In this document: piece after piece, positions 56,789 to 64,000 of the stretch
Position numbering within the stretch: position 1 is the stretch's first letter
Layout: every line of letters begins with the position of its first letter
Assembly (NCBI GenBank): GCA_963666985.2
Contig: CAXXIA010000001.1
Location: 288,001 to 352,000 of the forward strand
DNA length: 64,000 nucleotides
Direction: 5' to 3'
Origin: Spirochaetia bacterium
GTDB taxonomy: Bacteria > Spirochaetota > Spirochaetia > DSM-2461
Notes under the pieces: model-generated
Told to the model about the DNA's origin: nothing
The model's database searches: none
The model's input: only the letters and a program-made list of their open reading frames with translations
Translations under genes and position numbers: made by a program

Positions 56789-58153
56789 ATGAGCGAAATG
56801 GAATCTTGTCTGGTTTTATCGGGCGGGGGAGCCAAAGGGGTTTATCATATCGGAGTCTGGAAGGCTCTTCGGGAATTGGATATTCCCATCAAGGCCATAG
56901 TCGGGAATTCCATCGGGTCCATTGTCGGAGCGTTTCTGGTTCAGGGGCTTGATGAAGTTCTTGAAGAAATCGGGAGCACCATCGGCATCAATTATATTTT
57001 GGATATTCCGGAGGAATTGGTCGACGGGGGAGAGCTGACCGTTGATAAAGTTCGTTCTTCCGCATTTCGAAGTTTTTATAAGTCGGTCGCGGAAAACAAA
57101 GGATTGGGTACGGGTCCTTTGAGAAAGTTGCTGGAAACGCATATCCGGGAAGATGAAATTCGAAAAGGGCATATTGATTTCGGCGTCGTCGGCTACAGCA
57201 CCACGGATATGAAGCCTCGCGAAATATTTCTGGAGGATATGGAAGAAGGCGAACTGATTAATTATGTCATGGCAAGTTCGGCTTTTCCCGGATTCCAGCG
57301 TCCGGAAATCGCGGGGAAAAAATACATCGACGGCGGTGTTTACGACAACATTCCTTTCGCCATGGCCAAGAGACGCGGGTATAAAGATATCATAGTCGTG
57401 GATATATCCGGTGTCGGCGTGAAGCGTCGGCCGGATATTGAAGGAGTCCGTACAACCTATATCAAGAATACGATCGATATGGGCGGTGTTTTGGATTTCA
57501 ATCGCCAATTTCTGGACGAATACACGCGGCTCGGATACCTGGACACAATGAAAACCTACGGACGATATCGCGGTCGTGATTACTTCATTATTCCGGATGT
57601 GAATTTCGAGGAACAATTTCACGAATATATCGATCGAGGTGAGGGGCGGGAAAAAATCCTCGAATACGGCGGGAAAATCATAAAGAATACCCGCTCGGCG
57701 ACAGTCTCGTCGTCGGTTAAAAGCCTTTTTCCCAGGCATTCCCGTTATAACCGCCGGTGGCTGTCCGTTTTCGTCGACTGCGCGGCCATGGCGACAGGGG
57801 TTGAGAGAATTCGGGAATGGACCTACGCCGATCTTATCCGGGAAATCAGGAAACAAGCGGACGACTTAAGTCTTAGGGTGGATGGGCTCGCACCCTCGGA
57901 TCGGAAGGAAACCCTTTCCCATGTTCGAAAAGGACTTCGAAACCGGAAACTTTTCAGTCCGTCCTATTATTATCTTCTTCTTGCCGAACGTTATCTTCCC
58001 GAGCATCTGGGACGGGCGCTCGTAAAACTTCTCGAAGAATTCTCTCACGAATTACCCGCAGCGCGTTTTTTTATCGACCATTTGACGGAGTTCCCGGAGG
58101 GAGTTCGGCGGGAAAAGCGGAAATGGTATCCGCACCGAAAAAAATCGAAATAG
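56789..58153 (+). CDS. Patatin-like phospholipase
   Basis: GGGAKG, GNSIG, DGG. Confidence 0.92.
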   Translation: MSEMESCLVLSGGGAKGVYHIGVWKALRELDIPIKAIVGNSIGSIVGAFLVQGLDEVLEEIGSTIGINYILDIPEELVDGGELTVDKVRSSAFRSFYKSVAENKGLGTGPLRKLLETHIREDEIRKGHIDFGVVGYSTTDMKPREIFLEDMEEGELINYVMASSAFPGFQRPEIAGKKYIDGGVYDNIPFAMAKRRGYKDIIVVDISGVGVKRRPDIEGVRTTYIKNTIDMGGVLDFNRQFLDEYTRLGYLDTMKTYGRYRGRDYFIIPDVNFEEQFHEYIDRGEGREKILEYGGKIIKNTRSATVSSSVKSLFPRHSRYNRRWLSVFVDCAAMATGVERIREWTYADLIREIRKQADDLSLRVDGLAPSDRKETLSHVRKGLRNRKLFSPSYYYLLLAERYLPEHLGRALVKLLEEFSHELPAARFFIDHLTEFPEGVRREKRKWYPHRKKSK

Positions 58154-58299
58154 AGGATGACTTCGAATCCGCTGTTTCCGTTTTATATCTTTTACTGCCA
58201 TATGGACTTAGGTAATCTGCGAATCCCGTAAAAATAATTACGTTTCTCCTGTAACAAACTTATTAGACAAGTGTTTGCTAATCAGGAGTGATTTTAGCT

Positions 58300-60732
58300 A
58301 TGAAAATAAGGTATTTCGGCCTTCTCGCGGCGATTCTCATCGCCGGCTGCGCCAGCTTCGAGGGCCCGGTTCCCGTGAACACTCAATGGGAAGTCACCTG
58401 GTTATCGCCGAAAAATGCCGACGGTGTGAACGACGAATTGTACATCGATTTGGATGTTCCATCGGTCAAGGGCCTGAAAATCCAAGGATACGCGTTTGTT
58501 GTTACCGATTCTCTCGGTCGAACGGTTTATAGCCTGGAAGATTCATTGCCTGTGAAGACAAGCCTCCGCGATTACAAAAATTCCCTGAAGATTCCGGAAG
58601 CCTTGGTATGGGACGGCCGGATGACCGACGGCGCCTGGGCTCCCGACGGTGAATACAGATTTCACATTGATGTATTCGCGCAGAAGGACTTCAGCGGCAC
58701 TTCTCCGGAGGGCACGGTTATCGTGGACAATACGTCGCCGTCTGCGGTTTTGGCGGTTCCCTTCCGTTCGTTCTCCCCTAATGGCGACGGCCGGCAGGAT
58801 ACGCTCCCGGTGCATTTTCATGATGCGTCTCAGGAAGCCGTATGGGAAGGGCAGGTCGTGGATGCCTCGGGTAAGGTCCGCCGTTCCATCTTTTGGAACG
58901 ATCTTCCTCGGGATTCCGAATGGAACGGCACCGACGATAGCGGAAATCGGCTGGCCGACGGTGTTTATGTTTACCGGATTATGAGTACGGACGAGGCCGG
59001 AAACCGCTTTTCGGCGGAAATCACCGATCTCCGTTTGGATACCAAACCGTCTTTGGTGAACCTGGCTCTTTCGGAAACCGTAATTTCACCCAACAGTGAC
59101 GGAGTTCTGGATTCTCTGATGCTTATACCCGGGCTCTCTCGAACATCGGGTATTGTCGGCTGGTCGCTGAAGATCGTGGATACCGCCGGGAAGGCACTCA
59201 AGAATTGGAGCGGAAGCGGAATCCCGGCGCGAACATCCTTCGACGGCCGAAACGATCAGGGCCGAGTTCTGGCCGACGGCGGATATTATGGGGTTCTTTC
59301 GGTGGATTATGAAAACGGGGACAGAGTCGAAGCGGGCAGCGAATCGCTTATCATCGATACCCTGGCGCCGTCGGCCGTATTCTCAGCCGAATATACACTG
59401 TTCTCACCGGACGGAGACGGCCGCCGAGACACCATCGCGGTAAATCAAAGTTCAACAGCGGAAATCACCTGGAACGTCGGTATAAAAAACGCAGGCGGAG
59501 TCCCCGTAAGATCCGGAAGCTGGAACGAACGTCTCACGCCGTTCATTTGGGACGGTCGGGATGATGCCGGCAATCTTGTTCCCGACGGAAATTACCGTTA
59601 TGAAGTTTCGGCCGTCGACCGCGGAGGCAACCGCTATACCGGAGGTATTTCGGGAATCCGCGTGGATACCCGGCCCACTCCGGTTTCTCTTACCGTTTCC
59701 GGTTCGGGTTTGAGTCCCAATGGTGACGGCATGGCGGAAACCATAGTCTTCAAACCCCTGCCCGTGATTCGCGAAGGAATCTCCGGATGGTGGCTGATCG
59801 CATCCAATTCCACGGTTCCCGGTTCGGAATGGAATCTCTCAAGCGTTGGCGGAAGTGCTCCTCCCGAATCGATTGAGTGGAACGGCCGGAATGACGCCGG
59901 TGCGGTCGTGGACGGAACTTATAACGTTACCTTGACCGTGGAATATGAAAAAGGCAACCGAACGGTGAGTGCGCTGGATACGAAAGTTATCGTGGATACA
60001 ACGCCTCCCTCGGTCGCGGTATCGGTTTTCCCCAAGCCTTTTTCACCCGATGCCGACGGTTTTGCCGACGAACTCACCATTTCTCCGACGGCTATCGACG
60101 CAAGCCGTATTACGAGCTGGTCCGTTGATATTTCCGATCCCACCGGAACACCGTTTTTCCATCGGGAACTCAGCGGAGCCCCGACCGATTTGCGCTGGAA
60201 CGGCCGGAGCGGCTCCGGGGAGCTGGTTCTCTCGGCAGAGGATTACGGACTGAAAGTTTTCGCCGTTGACGAATACGGCAACCGAGGAGAAGCCTCCGGT
60301 AAAATCCCGGTGGACATCCTGGTGATTCGGGAAGGCGATCGGCTTCGCATCAGTATATCCAGTATCTATTTCAAGCCTTATACCGCGGACTATTTCGATG
60401 TTCCCGCGGATGTGGCCAAGAAGAACCTGGAAACATTGAACCGCTTGGCTGAAATCCTTAAAAAGTACGCGGATTATCACATCCGGCTTGAAGGGCATGC
60501 GGTCCGTACTCTTTGGTACGATGAGAAACTCTGGCGCGGCGAGGAGCAGGATAAACTGATGCCGCTTTCGGTCTCTCGAGCCGAAGCCATACGGGACGCT
60601 CTCGTCCGTCGCGGAATCGTGTCGTCGCGGATGTCGATTGCGGGATACGGAGGTACCCGGCCTTTGGTGCCCCACAGCGACGAGACGAACCGCTGGAAGA
60701 ATCGCCGTGTGGAATTCATTCTCGAACGCTAA
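58300..60732 (+). CDS. Lipoprotein with six FlgD-Ig-like repeats and a C-terminal OmpA domain
   Basis: Lipobox LIAGC; repeated (F/L/I)SP..DG..D and W(D/N)G...G....DG.Y; EGHA, LS..RA, NRRVEF. Confidence 0.88.
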   Translation: MKIRYFGLLAAILIAGCASFEGPVPVNTQWEVTWLSPKNADGVNDELYIDLDVPSVKGLKIQGYAFVVTDSLGRTVYSLEDSLPVKTSLRDYKNSLKIPEALVWDGRMTDGAWAPDGEYRFHIDVFAQKDFSGTSPEGTVIVDNTSPSAVLAVPFRSFSPNGDGRQDTLPVHFHDASQEAVWEGQVVDASGKVRRSIFWNDLPRDSEWNGTDDSGNRLADGVYVYRIMSTDEAGNRFSAEITDLRLDTKPSLVNLALSETVISPNSDGVLDSLMLIPGLSRTSGIVGWSLKIVDTAGKALKNWSGSGIPARTSFDGRNDQGRVLADGGYYGVLSVDYENGDRVEAGSESLIIDTLAPSAVFSAEYTLFSPDGDGRRDTIAVNQSSTAEITWNVGIKNAGGVPVRSGSWNERLTPFIWDGRDDAGNLVPDGNYRYEVSAVDRGGNRYTGGISGIRVDTRPTPVSLTVSGSGLSPNGDGMAETIVFKPLPVIREGISGWWLIASNSTVPGSEWNLSSVGGSAPPESIEWNGRNDAGAVVDGTYNVTLTVEYEKGNRTVSALDTKVIVDTTPPSVAVSVFPKPFSPDADGFADELTISPTAIDASRITSWSVDISDPTGTPFFHRELSGAPTDLRWNGRSGSGELVLSAEDYGLKVFAVDEYGNRGEASGKIPVDILVIREGDRLRISISSIYFKPYTADYFDVPADVAKKNLETLNRLAEILKKYADYHIRLEGHAVRTLWYDEKLWRGEEQDKLMPLSVSRAEAIRDALVRRGIVSSRMSIAGYGGTRPLVPHSDETNRWKNRRVEFILER

Positions 60733-60743
60733 TTATTGAGTAT

Positions 60744-60777
60744 CGCGGATTCCGGTTTTTTACACCCGGGATCCGCG
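60744..60777. terminator. Hairpin between convergent genes
   Basis: CGCGGATTCCGG...CCGGGATCCGCG 12-bp stem with one G-T pair. Confidence 0.55.
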
Positions 60778-60787
60778 GGATTCCCGA

Positions 60788-62212
60788 TTATCCCGTAATA
60801 CGGCCTTTCGATCCGGAATACACATGATGCGCCATTCGGCCGACGCCGTTGAGGCTTGTTATCAGAAGGAGAATCCCGCATCCTTCCGTGGCCAAATCGG
60901 CAAGGGTTTGCATTAAATCCCTCCGGGAACGTTCGGGCAGAATGATTCCCGGCTGTTCAACAACGACGACTTTCGGCCTGAAGAAGCGAAGCATCTGGAA
61001 CGCCACTGAAAATTGGACATGTTCGGTTTGAGTTTCCAGGGGGCGATTGAACGTTTGACGGTCGAGTGAAAGCCTTGCCTGCAAATCCTCTCCGAGAAAG
61101 TTTCTTATTCGGGGATTCACCGTACCCGGACGGCGTAATTTATCGGGAATCGCCAACAGGATATTGTCCAACGGACTTAAGCAGGGAATCGTCAGTTCCC
61201 TGGCGTCTTTCGGAACCAGAAAAATGGAGTTTTTTCGGAGGGACGCCTTCGTATGCAGGTTCGGATAATTGTTTCCAACTTTAATCCTGCCGCTGAAGTT
61301 CTCTTTTCCCCTCATAATGTCCATAACGACATCGTTAATACTGTGATCCGTATCCAGAAGGGCAATGATTTCTCCTTCATGTATCAGAAGGTTCAGAGAT
61401 TCGATGGTTGCCGCCCTTATGTTTTCCCACGACATTACTTCTTTATTCCCCGCTGTCGGTCCGGGTGCCGAATGTTCAATCGTCCCTCCGACAAGGGCTG
61501 TGAGAATTGGTTGAATATCATTGCCGCTTTCCGGTGAATCGACATTCAGTACGGTCCTTCCGGATTGTACGACAAGAAGTCTATCCGATCTGGGAGCAAG
61601 ATCGGCCGCGTCATGTCCCAGCAGAACAACCGAAATCCCATCGTCGTTCAGCTCTCGAAGAATAACTCCAAGCTCCGATTTTTCCTGCTCGTTGCAGAAG
61701 GAAAAGCAATCCTCCATAACGATGATTTCGGCTTCCTGCCACAGCATTCTGCATAGCAGGAGTTTGATTCTCTCGAAAAATCGCAAGTTCCGAGTGTCTT
61801 TTGAAACCAGCGGCGTAATTTCAAGTTTCCGAAGGAGAGGAGCGACGGATTTCGACTTCTTTCGCTCCTTTACCCACTGAAAGGGAGCATCGACTTGATC
61901 GAAAAGCGTGATGTTGTCGATTACGCTTAATGAGGTGATCAGAGACGCGTTGCAGTCGATACAGGAGATGCCCGATTCGCTATTCCGGATCTTTTCTCGA
62001 TACGTTGTCGGTTGTTCTTTGAACCAAATCCTGCCGCCGTCGATAGGCAGTTTCCCGTTGAGCAGGGAAAACAGCGCGGTGCGTTCAAGTTCGGACATCG
62101 TGAGGATTCCTAGTGTTTCTCCTTTAAAAACACGGAGTCTGAAACCGTTTAAAACCGGAGCCTGTTTATACCGGCAGAAGATATGTTCCAGGCGGAGAAG
62201 TTCTTGTTTCAT
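60788..62212 (-). CDS. Degenerate sugar-ABC ATP-binding-like protein (both NBDs lack Walker A)
   Basis: RbsA-like two-domain layout; GETLGILTMSELERT and GEIIALLDTDHSIND replace the P-loops. Confidence 0.75.
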   Translation of the reverse strand: MKQELLRLEHIFCRYKQAPVLNGFRLRVFKGETLGILTMSELERTALFSLLNGKLPIDGGRIWFKEQPTTYREKIRNSESGISCIDCNASLITSLSVIDNITLFDQVDAPFQWVKERKKSKSVAPLLRKLEITPLVSKDTRNLRFFERIKLLLCRMLWQEAEIIVMEDCFSFCNEQEKSELGVILRELNDDGISVVLLGHDAADLAPRSDRLLVVQSGRTVLNVDSPESGNDIQPILTALVGGTIEHSAPGPTAGNKEVMSWENIRAATIESLNLLIHEGEIIALLDTDHSINDVVMDIMRGKENFSGRIKVGNNYPNLHTKASLRKNSIFLVPKDARELTIPCLSPLDNILLAIPDKLRRPGTVNPRIRNFLGEDLQARLSLDRQTFNRPLETQTEHVQFSVAFQMLRFFRPKVVVVEQPGIILPERSRRDLMQTLADLATEGCGILLLITSLNGVGRMAHHVYSGSKGRITG

Positions 62213-63156
62213 ACCGGTTTTTCCGAGAGAACCGTGCGCGATGTCATCTTCGGAAGCGTAATTTCCAATTCGGTTCCCACATCCGGGGCGCTGGAGATTG
62301 AAACTCCGTAGTCGGAACCGAAATACCTGTTGATGCGGGCGTTGATATTGAAAATAGCGATGCCGGAATGAGTGGAGTCTTCTTCCGTTCCGGCATGAAG
62401 CGGTATCACTTGAGTTTCCTGAAGCCGTGTATTGATGCGGGCCAGTGTTTCGATATCGATGCCCACGCCGTCGTCCACCACCCGTATCAGCAGAGATTTC
62501 TCCGTACAGGCAAGACGAATTTCGACATTCCCCGGCCCGCTTCGAAGCTCAAGGCCGTGATAGACGGCATTTTCCACCGCCGGCTGAATCATCAGTTTCG
62601 GGACGAGACAATCGAGAAGACCGGCGTCTTCCTCTTCGTTGACGATTGTTAACCGGAAACGTTCATCGAATCGGTATTTCAGAATTTTGAAATAGAGTTC
62701 CACATAACGAAGTTCATCGGAAAGCCGCACCAGGTTCCCTTTGCTGCCGACGCCGTATCGGAAAAAAAGGGAGAGAGTTTCGGCCATTTCGGCTATTTCC
62801 TCTTTGCCGTCCCAGAGTGCCTGACCTCGAATGGATTCCAGGGTATTCGAAAGAAAGTGGGGATTAATCTGACTCTGAAGCGCGGCTATTTCGGCTCTTT
62901 TAATCTCCAGTTCCATAAGAGCATCCTGTTCTTCGGCGGCTTTATTCGGCTGCCGGGAAAAGCGATCCCCCGAGGCTCGACGAATGAACGCCGCGGACGT
63001 GCAGACAAATGCGAGGAGAACGAGTGTCGCGGCGATATAACCGGAAACGCCGTGGACCAATCGCCAGCAGCCGATTCCGTACCCGATCGATCCCGTGAGT
63101 ACAATCACCGCAAACCGTGTGATCCATTTTTTTTCTGCGGGCGGGAAACGGATCAC
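62209..63156 (-). CDS. YesM/LytS-type histidine kinase lacking an extracellular sensor domain
   Basis: LQSQINPHFLSNTL, QPAVENAVYHG, DDGVG; two closely spaced TM helices. Confidence 0.93.
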   Translation of the reverse strand: MIRFPPAEKKWITRFAVIVLTGSIGYGIGCWRLVHGVSGYIAATLVLLAFVCTSAAFIRRASGDRFSRQPNKAAEEQDALMELEIKRAEIAALQSQINPHFLSNTLESIRGQALWDGKEEIAEMAETLSLFFRYGVGSKGNLVRLSDELRYVELYFKILKYRFDERFRLTIVNEEEDAGLLDCLVPKLMIQPAVENAVYHGLELRSGPGNVEIRLACTEKSLLIRVVDDGVGIDIETLARINTRLQETQVIPLHAGTEEDSTHSGIAIFNINARINRYFGSDYGVSISSAPDVGTELEITLPKMTSRTVLSEKPV

Positions 63157-63998
63157 TGATAGATCCTGCGATATTCTCCGGGAGTGATTCCGATATGTTT
63201 TCGGAAAACCTTGAAAAAGTACTTTGCTTCCGGATATCCCACTTCCCTGGCCACTTGGGCCAGGGTGGATCTTTCCGTACGGAGAGCTTCCTTAGCCGCC
63301 TCGATTCTTCTTTGGGTAAGATAGTCGGAAAACAATATGCCGGTTTCCTTCTTAAAGAGGGTTCCAAGATACGTTGGGTTCATTTGGAAACGGGAAGCCA
63401 TGTCTTCGAGATGGATCGGACTGGCATAATGCACATCGATGTATTCCCGGATTTTCCTTACGGGCAAGCTCTCCCTGGCGTGTCTTTCCCTTTCAATTCG
63501 GCGCATTGTTCCGCAAAGGGGTTCTCTTGCCGCATTCAGAATGTCTTGCGGTGAATCGGCGTGGCGGAAGCCGTCATAGAGCCCCTCGAAGATATTTTTT
63601 CGAATCGCGGAAACGGTATTTTCAGGAAGAGCCCGAAGAAAACGGTCACAGAGTTCTTCCGCGGCGGCGTGAAGAAATCTTCCCGGTGTTTCGCCGCTTA
63701 TTTTCCCGATAAAAACATCGAGCCATGTTTCGAAGGCTTCATAATCCAGTGTCTCGGCGAAATTCGCCATGCTTTTTATTTCCGCCGGGTCCAGTCCTGA
63801 ATAGTCCTTATACACCGCGGCTCCTTTACAGAATACCGCCTCGTTTTTCGCCCTCTCGCGGCGGTCTCTGACCGATGCGATCGCCGAGCGGATCGACCGA
63901 AGCCAGGAAAGGGCGCCCGAGCCTTTGGGGCCAATGCCGATGATGATGCCGCCGCCGCCGAGAGGTTCGAGACGAATAAGCAGATTTTCAGCGAATTC
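63153..63998 (-). CDS. AraC-family (YesN-like) regulator, 5' end outside window
   Basis: NPTYLGTLFKKETG, VGY...YF..VFRK..G.TPGEYR; frame open to the window edge. Confidence 0.9.
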   Translation of the reverse strand, partial: EFAENLLIRLEPLGGGGIIIGIGPKGSGALSWLRSIRSAIASVRDRRERAKNEAVFCKGAAVYKDYSGLDPAEIKSMANFAETLDYEAFETWLDVFIGKISGETPGRFLHAAAEELCDRFLRALPENTVSAIRKNIFEGLYDGFRHADSPQDILNAAREPLCGTMRRIERERHARESLPVRKIREYIDVHYASPIHLEDMASRFQMNPTYLGTLFKKETGILFSDYLTQRRIEAAKEALRTERSTLAQVAREVGYPEAKYFFKVFRKHIGITPGEYRRIYQ

Positions 63999-64000
63999 CT

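Noticed and set aside
56816..57856. 346-aa minus-strand ORF
   Set aside because: Antisense to the patatin gene

Overview
Bacterial chromosomal window, most likely from a free-living anaerobic spirochaete (the L28 protein carries the PRKGLxKKKGGAGQHIGVK insert typical of Spirochaetes). Left to right: the end of an OmpA-family gene; malQ; dus; a sulfur-trafficking operon (two half-size YeeE genes around a TusA/YeeD gene, a TrxB with an extra domain, two rhodanese lipoproteins); an IS1182-family element; a decayed serine-hydrolase gene; an Arn-like surface-glycosylation cluster (ArnT-, ArnC- and ArnE/F-like genes plus an ATP-grasp ligase) with an embedded Ssu/Tau-type ABC importer; ldhA; an acyl-ACP thioesterase; a self-contained fructose-family PTS/GH38 operon with its own HPr and Enzyme I; a ~16 kb kinase-free orphan catabolic region (IclR, split transketolase, DhuI-like RpiB, IolD-like ThDP enzyme, Gfo/Idh/MocA, a frameshifted SCP2-Gfo-M24 fusion, BKACE, SDR, FadR, epimerase, sugar ABC); a second, apparently identical IS copy next to tRNA-Arg and tRNA-Pro; nth; DtxR-pyrK-pyrD; rpmB; an MBL hydrolase; a patatin; a six-repeat FlgD-Ig/OmpA lipoprotein; and a YesN/YesM-like two-component pair coupled to an apparently inactive ABC-ATPase homologue. 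No CRISPR array or rRNA was seen. All calls rest on motif recognition by eye; no database search was run.
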